DNA of 64,000 bases from Octopus vulgaris (taxonomy: Eukaryota), in contig OX597839.1 in assembly GCA_951406725.2 (NCBI GenBank), positions 34,472,001 through 34,536,000 of the forward strand, given 5' to 3'. Under the pieces are notes generated by a model. The model was not told where the DNA came from. It saw nothing but the letters and a program-made list of their open reading frames with translations, and made no database searches. Each line of letters begins with the position of its first letter. Position 1 is the first letter of the stretch. Shown here piece by piece: positions 38,255 to 50,476 of this stretch. The position numbers and the translations under genes were made by a program.

Positions 38255-38677
38255 TCTCGCACCAAAGGTTTCATAACTTTTCCTCTAATAGATGCATTTG
38301 TATCCTTCAACACCAAAAAAGAAAAAAAATCTATATTTTTGTCAAATTTCTTTATCTTCTTCATCCAGGCTGATCTTTTGCTATGAAACATCAGAAACAC
38401 ATAATCCGTGATTTATTGGCCAAATTATGTCATCTAATCTATTAAAACTTTCCTCATCTTATGTAGTTTTCCTTGTCTTTTGGTGGTAGGGGGAAGGGGG
38501 GGGTTCCTTTTTGTTTTTATTTCTTTTTCTTTCTGATGTTGTTGCATGTTGTTGCTGTCTGCTTCTGTTGCTGCCTCCTGACTGCTGAAGATTTTTTTTC
38601 TTTTTTCTTTTTGTGTTTCTTTTCTCCGTTGTTTATTTGTTTTTATTTTGTTTCTTTTATCCGTGTTTGTTATAAAG

Positions 38678-38798
38678 GATGATGCTTTGGCCCACGTTCG
38701 GAGTCTTGAGACGCAGATGGAAGACAGCGAAGAGTCACGGAACCAGATAGAATCACGTCTCAGACAACTTCAGAAGTCATTAATGGAAGTGGAAGAAG
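38678..38798 (+). CDS. CROCC: Rootletin exon w19
   Basis: ataaag|GAT (AAG acceptor), G|gtgaaa; DDALAHVRSLETQMEDSEESR...LQKSLMEVEE; phase 0/1. Confidence 0.87.
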
Positions 38799-38843
38799 GT
38801 GAAAGGACAAACTCCTTGCTTTTCCTCTTCCTTTCTCTCTCTA

Positions 38844-38894
<51 letters not shown>

Positions 38895-38934
38895 CTCTCT
38901 CTCTCTCACATACATACACATACACTCACACTCT

Positions 38935-38970
<36 letters not shown>

Positions 38971-40442
38971 CACATACATACACTCACTCTCTCACATACA
39001 CACACACACACACTCACATCTCTCTCTCGCATACATCCACACACATACACTCTCTCTCTCTTACACACACATACACACGGTCTCACATACACACACATTC
39101 TCTCTCTCTCACATACACGCACACAATCTCTATCTCACACACATACATTCTCTCTCTGACACAGACATACACATACTCTCTCACACATACACATACACAC
39201 ACACATACATTCTCTCTCTCTCACTCTCCCCTCATACATATACATACACTCATACTCTCTTTCTCCCTCTCCCTATCTCCCTCTCTCTATCTCTCTCTCT
39301 CTCTCTCTCTCTCAGAATTCTTAACACACTGGACGAAATGCTGTTGAGCATTTCATCCGTCTTTGCATTCTGAGTTCAAATTCCTCTTGGGGTCAACTTT
39401 GCCTTCAATCCTCTTAGGGTCAATGGAATAAGTACCAGTCATGTACCCTGTGTGTGTGTCTTACTTGCTTCAGCCATCAGACAGTGGTCATGCTGGAGCA
39501 CTGCCTTGAGGAATTTTTAATCAAATAAACCGCAGTACTTTTTTTTTCTCAAGCCTGGTATTTATTCTATCAATCTTTTGCCGAACTGCTAAGTTACAGA
39601 GACTTGAAAATATCAATACGGGTGGGCGGGGGAACAAACCCCCCCCCACACACACACACACATTCAGTTTCCTTTCACTGATTTCACTCACAAGGCTCTG
39701 GTTGACCTAAGGTTCTATTAGAAGACATTTGCCCAAGGTACCATGCAGTAGGATTGAACCCGGAACCATGCGGTTGGCAAGCATGCTTCTTACCACACAG
39801 CCACCGACATACATGCATAAATGAATTAACAAACCATGGAAACCACTTGCATAGCTAGAGTGTGTGCCGCCCGGGGCAGCCCTTCTCTTTGCCACCCCCA
39901 GACCCCACAAAAAACACATTCTTTTACTCCTTTACTTGTTTCAGTCATTTGACTGTGGCCATGCTGGAGCACCGCCTTTAATCGAGCAACTCGACCCCGG
40001 GACTTATTCTTTTGTAAGCCCAGTACTTATTCTATCGGTCTCTTTCGCCGAACCGCTAAGTAACGGGGACATAAACACACCAGCATCGGTTGTCAAGCAA
40101 TGCTGGGGAACAAACACAGACACACATATATATATATATACATATATACGACGGGCTTCTTTCAGTTTCCGTCTACCAAATCCACTCACAAGGCTTTGGT
40201 CGGCCCGAGGCTATAGTAGAAGACACTTGCCCAAGGTGCCACACAGTGGGACTGAACCCGGAACCATGTGGTTGGTAAACAAGCTACTTACCACCCAGCC
40301 ACTCCTGCGACATTGCCTACAGCAGACCCAAAGGTGGTGCCCCTCTGAAAGTGCTGCCCCTACTGCCACTGCCACCTAGTGATCTAGACCCATTGTGGCA
40401 TGGACACAGTAGCTAATAACAACAATCTGATGTGTTTTGTAG

Positions 40443-40606
40443 ATAAACGAGGCATCGACGGCCGTCTTGCGAGCGCCCAGACTGCCCTGATGCTGCAGGA
40501 AGAGACCATCCGACGGAATGAACGGGAGAGGAAGCTACTGTCGGAGAAAGTCTCAACTTTGGAACGGAACCTTTCGAACCTCGAGTCAGAGAAGAGACAA
40601 CTGCAA
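40443..40606 (+). CDS. CROCC: Rootletin exon w20
   Basis: ttgtag|AT, CAA|gtgagt; KRGIDGRLASAQTALMLQEETIRRNERERK; phase 1/0. Confidence 0.94.
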
Positions 40607-41187
40607 GTGAGTAATTTGTTTGTTTGTTTATTTTTCTCGTTTATTCCTGAATGCTTTTGAAGGGGTTTGAGTCACGGTCTTCTCTTGGTTTGATGTTTCG
40701 GTATTTGATATTTAGCCATATCAGATGTGTTTGTAATATTCGTCAGTAGTAACTATGGAAGATTGGTGGGATCATTATTTGTATGGACTTAAAGATTGGT
40801 TGCTATTTAGTATATGATTTAGTTATTGTAGATTTACTATTAATACCGATACAGATGTACATAGATTTATGTGTTTCATGTAGTTTAATTTTAAAGTTAG
40901 TGATTGACCCTGCCTATATTTTATTGAATACTGTTGTACATACAGGTAAATGTGTTTGAAAGTTGTGTGTTTTGTTTCTTGGTATGTTTGTTCCCATGCA
41001 GCACTTGTTTTAGTACTGTTGATGCCACCAGATTGAGTGGTCCTGCCCAGGTGTCAAAACCATAATGGTATCCATGGGGCAGCTGATGATGGAAATATGT
41101 TGGATTGTTGGTATGGCTATTTTTGTATATATGTGGAATAGTGTTGTAATACATCCTTTTGATGTATATATATATATATATATTTAT

Positions 41188-41288
41188 TTTAATAAAGCTG
41201 AAAAGATATCACAACCAAAACTCTCCGACAAACAGGAACATGAAACTCTGAGTAACAGTTTTTGTGATGTCTTTGCAGTTTTATTAAA
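41188..41288 (+). ncRNA. Degenerate hammerhead-like motif inside a hairpin of about 30 bp
   Basis: CCGACAA-(ACAGGAACAT)-GAAACTC-T-GAGTA-ACAGTTTT; core differs from CUGANGA. Confidence 0.4.
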
Positions 41289-41409
41289 GCATATTACTTT
41301 ACCTATGGTACTTGAGTACTATTTTCTCCACCTTGTTTCACATTCATGTACTTACTCTGGTATATATATATACATATATATATATACATATATTTGATGT
41401 GTGTTTCAG

Positions 41410-41589
41410 GAAAAGGTATCAAAGATGAAGATGAATGATACACGTGTGGACGAAGAAAAGAAACAGCTTCGTGTCACCCTCGAAGAAACTGAGAACCGGG
41501 TGACCAAAGTGGAACTGGCACGGCGAGCTTTGGAAGGAGAATTACAACGTTTCAAGATGACCATGACAGACAAGGAAACAGAAAACCAG
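41410..41589 (+). CDS. CROCC: Rootletin exon w21
   Basis: tttcag|GAA, CAG|gtaagt; ...ENRVTKVELARRALEGELQR; phase 0/0. Confidence 0.93.
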
Positions 41590-42822
41590 GTAAGTAAATC
41601 CTCATCTTCAGCATCATCATCATCGTCATCTTAATACTCTTTACTCTTTTACTCTTTTACTTGTTTCAGTCATTTGACTGCGGCCATGCTGGAGCACCGC
41701 CTTTAGTCGAGCAACTCGACCCCGGGACTTATTCTTTTGTAAGCCCAGTACTTATTCTATCGGTCTCTTTTGCCGAACCGCTAAGTGACGGGGACATAAG
41801 CACACCAGCATCGGTTGTCAAGCAATGCTAGGGGGACAAACACAGACACACAAATGCATATATATACATATATATATATATACGACAGGCTTCTTTCAGT
41901 TTCCATCTACCAAATCCACTCACAAGGCATTGGTCGGCCCGAGGCTTAGTAGAAGACACTTGCCCAAGGTGCCACACAGTGGGACTGAACCCGGAACCAT
42001 GTGGGTGGTAAAAAGCTACTTACCACACACTCCTGTGCCTATATATACATATATCATCATTGTTTAACGTCCACCTTCCCTGCTGGCATGGGTTGGACAG
42101 TTTGACAGGAACCGGCCAAGCAGGAGCCTGCATCAGACTTCTGTGTCTGTTTTGCCAGGGTTTTTACAGCTGGATGCCCTTCCAAATGCCAACCACTTCA
42201 CAGTGTGGACTGGGTGCTTTTCACGTGGCACCAGCACCGGCAGGGTCGCCAAACAATCTGCAGGACAAGGAATCTTTGAGAAGGGGTGGGGCCATTGGAG
42301 GAGGTGACCTTGTGTCAAATGATGAAAGGTCAGATTTTGACAGAGATGCAGAAACAGACATGGTTACCTGGCTGAGAGAAAAAGAGAGGCGGGGTGGGGG
42401 GCATTAAAAATAACTAACAAGAAGAGGATGTGCACATGGAATGTATTATGTGTGTTTGCATGTGTGTGTGTCATCATCATCATTATCGTTCTCCATGCTA
42501 GCATGAGTTGGACGGTTCAACTGGGGTCTGGGAAGCCAGGAGGCTGAACCAGGCTCCAGTCTGATCTGGCAGTGTTTCTACAGCTGGATGCCCGTCCTAA
42601 CGCCAACCACTCCGAGAGTGTAGTGGGTGCTTTTACATGCCACTGGCAGAGGGGGCTGGCAAACGGTCACGATCGGTTGGTACTTTTATGTGTCACCGAC
42701 ACGGACGCTAGTCAGGCGGCGCTGGCATCTGCCACGTTCGGACGGTGCTTTTTACGTGTCACCGGCATGGGTATCTTGACTACAATTTCCATTTGATTTG
42801 TGTGTGTGTGTGTAATAATTAT

Positions 42823-42885
<63 letters not shown>

Positions 42886-42961
42886 GTTTATCGTCCGCTT
42901 TCCATATATATATATATATATATGTATATATATTATATGTGTATGCTGTTATTATCTCTAG

Positions 42962-43102
42962 GTTCAGCAAGATAGGATTGAAACCCTCACCAAGCAGGTG
43001 CAAGACCTTGAAAGTAAAGTGCAGTCAAGCCAATTAACAACTGAAAGACTAAACCTGAATTTGGCCAAGACTGAAGCTACTGGCAATCAACACAAGGACA
43101 AG
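42962..43102 (+). CDS. CROCC: Rootletin exon w22
   Basis: ctctag|GTT, AAG|gtaagc; VQQDRIETLTKQVQDLESKVQSSQLTTERLNLNLAKTE; phase 0/0; not in ORF track. Confidence 0.9.
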
Positions 43103-43636
43103 GTAAGCATAAAATACTGCTTCACCTGTGCATAATTATTAATATTGCTTTTCGTAATTAGCGTAGCTAGAATGTGTGCCGCTCCTGGACCCCACAAAAA
43201 ACACATATTGCCTACAGCAGACCTAAAAGGGGTGCCCCTTTACAAGTGCTGCTGACAATGGTTTACAACCATCGTGCGGTGTCAAGACAAGGAGACACAA
43301 AGGAGATTCTTCTAGGATTTCCATCTACCAAATCCACTCAGGGTTTTGGTCAGCCTGGGGCTATAGTAGAAGATACTTGCCCATGCCCCGTGGGATGCAG
43401 AGGAAGTAAACTTCTTAACCACACCCACATGTGTGTGTGTGTGTGCCACAGACCCTCCCAAAACTAGACACCAATATATTTTTATATATATATATACATG
43501 CATACATATATATATACGCATATATATATGTATATGTGCATATATGTGTGTGTGTGTGTGTGTGCATGTTAAATAAAATGAAATAACAAAGCGAAGGCAG
43601 TGTGAAATTTCTAGGACATTTATAAAGAGAGAGGTA

Positions 43637-43684
43637 GTCTTACAGCTGTTTCAGTCATATGAGGGATGTCCCATCATCAGAGAC
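43637..43684 (-). ncRNA. Minimal type-I hammerhead motif in a probable Penelope-like remnant (about 43570-44130)
   Basis: GUCU-CUGAUGA-U-(weak stem II)-GAAAC-AGCU-GUA-AGAC. Confidence 0.65.
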
Positions 43685-44512
43685 GATATGAGAAAGTTGA
43701 ATAGAAGAAAATAGAGTTCAATATAAGGAGTTATTTTGGAAAGGGAGAGATAAAGCAAAGTATAAAGGGAAACATAAGAGTAGAAATAAAAATATATGTT
43801 GGCTGTTAAACTTGCTGTTCCATTATCCAAGGAATGTGTTGTATAGAATGGGTAAAAAAGCTTCTTGTCCATGGTATGTAAGTTCCGATAGGAGTTCATA
43901 TTTTCTTATTACAAATGGATAAACCTCTCATATAGATTTCGTTTTTGGATTTGGTTTGCAAGATTCTTTATGTGAGTTCGTGTGTTGAAGCATATTCTGT
44001 TGTGTCTGGGGAGAGTCATTTTGTTTTTGTGCCTTATAATGGAAAATTTTCACTTTTTTTCTTATTTTTATTGTCCTAAACTTTTCGTTGTGTCTTGAAA
44101 ACTTTTCAATAGTTTTGACTCTTATTTAACTCTCATATATATATATGTCTATATATTTAGAGAATGTTAGCTAAGGCCAGTTCATAGGGTAACCCAGGAT
44201 ATTGCATCCATAAAGCTATTAGCTTACTCACAGGGTCTGACAAAACATGTGTAAAGCTAAGTGTTTTATGGACATGAAGCCCTGGGCAACCCCATAAACT
44301 GGCCATAACTACCTTTCCCTAAATACTCTATTGCTCTATAACTTTGAGTGTTCTTCTCTCATATTTACTAACGATAATTATATGTGTGTATGTGTCATTA
44401 TGTATTAATTAAAATGTTATTGTGTACCAAAATTTTAAAAGTATTTATTCTTGTTTTTAATGGTCAAGTTATTATTGAACAGGAAATGAATGAATGCCCT
44501 TAATTCCCACAG

Positions 44513-44652
44513 GTCCAAGCATTGAATATGTCACTATCGGACAGTGCGTCTACAATCAACAACATGAATGAAAGAATCAACCAGATGCAACGGGCCCTCA
44601 CCAGTAGCGAACATGACCGTCGTGTACTCCAAGAAAGACTGGACGCTTCCAA
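44513..44652 (+). CDS. CROCC: Rootletin exon w23
   Basis: ccacag|GTC, AA|gtaata; ...QMQRALTSSEHDRRVLQERLDAS; phase 0/2. Confidence 0.92.
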
Positions 44653-45102
44653 GTAATACAATTATCCTTCTTTTGTTGTTTTTACTTACTTGTTTCAGTC
44701 ATTCGACTGCAGCCATGCTGGAGCACCACCTTCAGGGTTTTAGTAGAACATACTCACGGAGTGCTTGGCGTTAGGAAGGGCATCCAGCTGTAGAAACACT
44801 GCCAGATCAGACTGGAGCCTGGTGCAGCCTCCTGGCTTTCCAGACCCTGTCGAACCGTCCATCCCATGCTAGCATGGAAAACGGACATTAAATGATGATG
44901 ATGATGATATCACTCCCTAGAATTTATTTTGAAGTCTGCTACTGACAGAGAGATAAGAGGGAGGAAGGAAAGAAAGAAAGAGAAGCAGACTGATAGACAA
45001 GAGAGAGGGAGTGAGAATGACAGGAGAACATGAAGTTGGGAGAGACAGACAGACAGACACAGAACAAAGAATGTATGTGTGTATATATATATATATATAC
45101 AC

Positions 45103-45345
45103 ACCATACTAATCATATCTGTCGGGCATGTGGAAGAGAGCGTAATTCGGCAGGAGGACTTAAACGACATGCAAAGGTACATGAAGCCCAGTTACAACTA
45201 CAGCCGGCTATTACCAGTAAAGGTTTTAGTTGCCAATTTTGTACAAGACATTGTAGATCTTTAGCTGGGCTAAAAAGTCACATTCGATCACAGCACCAGT
45301 AACAGTTAAGCTTCGTGCAATGGCCATACTCGATAACGAGGGGGC

Positions 45346-45350
<5 letters not shown>
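45103..45350 (+). mobile_element. 5'-truncated RTE-like LINE 3' end encoding two C2H2 fingers
   Basis: CRACGRERNSAGGLKRHAKVH and CQFCTRHCRSLAGLKSHIRSQH, stop, short 3' UTR, embedded in (TA)n. Confidence 0.7.
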
Positions 45351-45377
<27 letters not shown>

Positions 45378-45787
45378 CTCTTACTCTCTACTCTTTTACT
45401 TGTTTCAGTCATTTGACTGCGGCCATGCTGGAGCACCGCCTTTAGTCGAGCAACTCGACCCCGGGACTTATTCTTTTTGTAAGCCCAGTACTTATTCTAT
45501 CGGTCTCTTTTTGCCGAACCGCTAAGTGACAGGGACGTAAACACACCAGCATCGGTTGTCAAGCAATGCTAGGGGAACAAACACAGACACACAAACACAC
45601 ACACATACATATATATACATATATACGACAGGCTTCTTTCAGTTTCCGTCTACCAAATCCACTCACAAGGCATTGGTCGGCCGGGGCTATAGCAGAAGAC
45701 ACTTGCCCAAGATGCCACGCAGTGGGACTGAACCCGGAACCATGTGGTTGGTTAGCAGGCTACTTACCACACAGCCACTCCTGCGCC

Positions 45788-45821
<34 letters not shown>

Positions 45822-46334
45822 CTGTTGAGAAAGTTACGAATACCTTATCCATTTTGGCATTCTATCATTGGCAGTAACTTAGGGGTTACTAAAAAGGATG
45901 AAGCTTCAGTTACATATTCAAAGGAAGGATTTGTTGGGGCTGTTGATGCTTTCCCTAAATTTGCAAGCAATGTCATTGTGCTAGTCATGGGCAATATAAA
46001 TATATATGTGCAGTGATGTAGCTAGCATGTATGTGTGTGTGCCACCCGGGGGTATCCCTTCAGTTTGTTGAGCTATCCCCTACCCTTAAGCAATGCTGCC
46101 TAGACTGGCCTTAAATACTGCAACTCATTTTGATCCACTGCCCTGATGACTCTACCAACGTTTGTAATTATTGTGCTAATGAAAAATAATAATTACGGAG
46201 ATGTTCTTGCATAGCAAGTGACTTGATCTGAGATCGTGTGCTGGTAACGAAAACAATTGCAGTGTGGAAGGTGTTTGTAAGCCATTCAAGAAACACACAA
46301 AAGCCGTTAGATTCACTTCAACATTTAAGTTTAA

Positions 46335-46385
46335 TTTGTCAAAATATTTTCGTCACTTTAAGACCGCGACCTGTTCACTGACAAA
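46335..46385 (-). ncRNA. Minimal type-I hammerhead with G3:C8 core
   Basis: UUUGUCA-GUGAACA-G-GUCGC(9-nt loop)GUGAC-GAAA-AUAU-UU-UGACAAA. Confidence 0.65.
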
Positions 46386-46461
46386 AATAATAAGTAATAA
46401 TGAAAATATCAATGAAATTTGAGATCAATAACGTTCTTCTTCTTCTTCCTGTCCCCTTTAG

Positions 46462-46591
46462 GCAATCCTTGAATGAGATAAAGAAACAGAGCCAGAACCT
46501 GATGGACCGTATACAATCGATGCAGAACGATAACACTGAGATGGAACTGCGTAATTCTGAGTTAGAAGGACAACTCAGACAAAACCATCAG
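46462..46591 (+). CDS. CROCC: Rootletin exon w24
   Basis: ctttag|G, CAG|gtatgt; QSLNEIKKQSQNLMDRIQSMQ...ELEGQLRQNHQ; phase 2/0. Confidence 0.9.
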
Positions 46592-47475
46592 GTATGTAAC
46601 AACCTCTCTATACAGACATATATATGTAATACTTTATAATTAGGGTTCTGCAAAGGAGTGGTTGGCATTAGGAAGGGCATCCAGCTGTAGAAACTCTGCC
46701 AGATCAGACTGGAGCCTGGTGCAGCCCCTGGCTTCCCAGACCCCGGTCGAACCGTCCAATCCGTGCTAACGCGGAAAACGGACGTTAAACGATGATGATG
46801 ATGATGATGATGATGACATACCGAAGTTTAGAAATAGCAGTGGATTGCCTGCGTGGATTGTTTTCAAGTGCTTTGGTTTTTCCGGGAGTTCCTTTTAAAG
46901 TAGAAGGAATAGCTAAGATTTTTTGACTGCTATTTCTAAACTTCGGTATGTGGTGAAGCAAATCTTTGCTGAACCCTAATTGTAAAGTATTACTTAAGCT
47001 TACCATGAAATGGTCCTTTTTTCATGCCGAATTCTACTTGGTGAAATTACTGATTACTTCTTAATTAATTAATTTTACCCTTTACTATTATGTATATATA
47101 TATATGTATATGTATATATAAGGTGGCGAGCTGGCAGAAATGTTAGCATGCCAGGCGAAATGCGTAGCCGTATTTCGTCTGTCGTTACGTTGTGAGTTCA
47201 AATTCCGCCGAGGTCGACTTTGCCTTTCATCCTTTCGGGGGTCGATAAATAAAGTACCAGTTACGCACTGGGGTCGTTGTAAATGACTTAATCCCTTTGT
47301 CTATCCTTGTTTGTCCCCTCTATGTTTAGCCCCATGTGGGCAATAAAGAAATATATATATACTTGTTTCAAATCAATGCAAACATGTATTGAAGGACTCT
47401 TCAGTGCTTTTTTGTATTGTCCTTCTCTGTTGATTCATCATTCTAATTGAAGTTGCTCATTGTTTGGATTCCCAG

Positions 47476-47676
47476 ATGCTGATTAAACGGCAAGAACAGG
47501 AACAGGAACTGAACCAACGCTTGCAGAAAATCCAGTCGGAGAAGATCTCTTTGCAAGAACAACTTACCAATTATCAGCAGGAGTTTTCTCATATTGAAAC
47601 AGAGAAGAAAGAATGGGAAAGATCTCAGATCCGTCTGGAGAAGGACAAGAATGCCTTGAGAAAGACGCTCGATAAG
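47476..47676 (+). CDS. CROCC: Rootletin exon w25
   Basis: tcccag|ATG, AAG|gttagt; ...ERSQIRLEKDKNALRKTLDK; phase 0/0. Confidence 0.93.
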
Positions 47677-48046
47677 GTTAGTAGTGCCATCTGGGCTGTG
47701 GCCATGCTGGGGCATCACTTGGCTTAGTCAAACAAGTCGGCCCCAGTTCTTATGGGGTTTTTTTTTCTTTAAGTCTAGTATTTGTTCTACTGGCTTCTTT
47801 TTGCTGAACTACTAAGTTATGAGGGACATAAGCAAACCAACATGGGGTGTCAAGCAGTGGTGTGGGGTACTAACACAAATACAAGTGCACACACACACAC
47901 AGAGACACATATATATACACATACATGCAACAGGCTTCCACACAGTTTCCATGTAATGAATTCTCTCACAAGGCATTGGTTGGTTGGTTGGTTGCTCTGG
48001 AGCTGTAATAGAAGACACTTGCCCAAAGTGCCACATGGTGGGACTG

Positions 48047-48964
48047 AACCCAGAACCATGTAGTTGGGGAGTGAACCCAGAACCATGTGGTTGGGGAGTG
48101 AACCCAGAACCATGTGGTTGGGGACTGAACCCAGAACCATGTGGTTGGGGAGTGAACCCAGAACCATGTGGTTGGGGAGTGAACCCAGAACCATGTGGTT
48201 GGGGAGTGAACCCAGAACCATGTAGTTGGGGATTGAACCCAGAACCATGTGGTTGGGGATTGAACCCAGAACCATGTGGTTGGGGAGTGAACCCAGAACC
48301 ATGTAGTTGGGGAGTGAACCCAGAACCATGTGGTTGGGGAGTGAACCCAGAACCATGTGGTTGGGGAGTGAACCCAGAACCATGTGGTTGGGGAGTGAAC
48401 CCAGAACCATGTGGTTGGGGATTGAACCCAGAACCATGTGGTTGGGGAGTGAACCCAGAACCATGTGGTTGGGGAGTGAACCCAGAACCATGTGGTTGGG
48501 GAGTGAACCCAGAACCATGTAGTTGGGGAGTGAACCCAGAACCATGTGGTTGGGGAGTGAACCCAGAACCATGTAGTTGGGGAGTGAACCCAGAACCATG
48601 TGGTTGGGGAGTGAACCCAGAACCATGTGGTTGGGGAGTGAACCCAGAACCATGTGGTTGGGGAGTGAACCCAGAACCATGTGGTTGGGGAGTGAACCCA
48701 GAACCATGTGGTTGGGGAGTGAACCCAGAACCATGTAGTTGGGGAGTGAACCCAGAACCATGTGGTTGGGGAGTGAACCCAGAACCATGTAGTTGGGGAC
48801 TGAACCCAGAACCATGTGGTTGGGGAGTGAACCCAGAACCATGTAGTTGGGGAGTGAACCCAGAACCATGTGGTTGGGGAGTGAACCCAGAACCATGTGG
48901 TTGGGGAGTGAACCCAGAACCATGTGGTTGGGGACTGAACCCAGAACCATGTGGTTGGGGAGTG
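48047..48964. repeat. 27-bp minisatellite, 34 copies, derived from a family-A SINE head
   Basis: Unit AACCCAGAACCATGTGGTTGGGGAGTG; 918 bp = 34 x 27; continuous with the minus-strand SINE at 47690-48046. Confidence 0.97.
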
Positions 48965-49476
48965 AAAACCTTAACCTGTTCCTTTTGTATGTATGTATAT
49001 TTTTTCTTTTATTTGTTTCAGTCATTTGACTGTGGCCATGCTGGAGCACTGCCTTTAGTCGAACAAATTGACCTCAGGACTTTATTTTTTTAAGCCTCAT
49101 ACTTATTCTATCTGTCTCTTTTGCCAAACTGCTAGGTTACAGTGACGTAAACACACCAATGTCGGTTGTCAAGCAATGATGTTGGTGGGGTACAAACAAA
49201 CACACTCACACACACACACACATATATATATGACAGGCTTCTTTCAGTTTCCGTCTCCCAAATCCACTCACAAGACTTTGGCCAGCCTGAGGCTACGGCA
49301 GAAGACACTTGCCCAAGGTGCCATGCAGTGGGACTGAACCCGGAACCATGTGGTTGGGAAGCAAGCTTCTTACCACACAGCCACGCCTGCAACTGTATAT
49401 AATTATTTTGTCTCTTAGCATGTGTGTACACAAGAATGTAATATAATATAATAAGAGTTGATTTTATTTCGTTCAG

Positions 49477-49646
49477 GTGGAGAGAGAGAAGCTGAAGACA
49501 GAGGAGGTGGCTAGCAAGAGTTTCCTCGAACGCAACCATCTTGACCGCAGTCTTATCAAATTGGAAGAGGATAACAATGATCTGAAACAGCAGATACATC
49601 AACTGCAGGCCCAGCTGGCAGAGACAGAGCAAAACCACGCACAACG
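49477..49646 (+). CDS. CROCC: Rootletin exon w26
   Basis: gttcag|GTG, CG|gtgggt; VEREKLKTEE...LQAQLAETEQNHAQ; phase 0/2. Confidence 0.93.
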
Positions 49647-50246
49647 GTGGGTTGGAAATTATTCAAATCAATCAATGTCATTAGTCACATCTTTGTTTCT
49701 CTGTGTACATGTGTGTGTGTGTGTGTGTGTGTGAGTGAGGAGGCTGGCATTCCATCGCTTATAATGATGAGGGTTGCAGTTGGTCCGCTTAATGGAACGA
49801 TCTGTTTGTAAATTTAATGCACAACTACCAGCATCGCCTTACTGATACCTCTGCTGGTGGCATGTGTAAAAAGATTGAAGCGAGGTCGTTGCCAGTACCG
49901 CCTGACTGGCCCCCGTGCAGGTGGCACGTAAAAAGCAACCACTACACTCTCGGAGTGGTTGGCGTTAGGAAGGGCATCCAGCTGTAGAAACTCTGCCAGA
50001 TCAAGACTGCTGTTGTTGTTGTTGTTGTTGTTAAGGTGGTGAACTAGCAGAATCATTAGCACACTGGATGACATGCGTAGCAGCATTTCGTTCATTGTTA
50101 CGTTCTGAGTTCAAATTCCGCTGAGATTGACTTTGCCTCTCATCCTTTTGGAGTTGATAAATTAAGTACCAGTCATGCACTGGGATCAATGCGATTCACT
50201 AGTCCTCCTCCCACCAAATTACAGACCTTATGCCTTTAGCAGAAAG

Positions 50247-50254
50247 GATTATTA

Positions 50255-50297
<43 letters not shown>

Positions 50298-50431
50298 TAC
50301 TATTACTATTACTATTATTATTATTATTATTACTTTTACTATTATTATTATTATTATTATTATTATTATCATCAACATCATCATCGTCATCATCATCATC
50401 ATTATCATTATCAATATCATTATCATTATTA

Positions 50432-50462
<31 letters not shown>

Positions 50463-50476
50463 AATTATTATTATTG
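50247..50476. repeat. (ATT)n/(ATC)n microsatellite
   Basis: Seen directly. Confidence 0.95.

Noticed and set aside
45030-45302. Standalone C2H2 zinc-finger gene
   Set aside because: ORF start lies in microsatellite, no splice sites or TGEKP linker; better explained as a LINE 3' end
47850-49093. 399-aa and 369-aa ORFs with 9-aa repeats
   Set aside because: Produced by a stop-free 27-bp SINE-derived minisatellite inside an intron; both strands are open and there are no splice or codon signals
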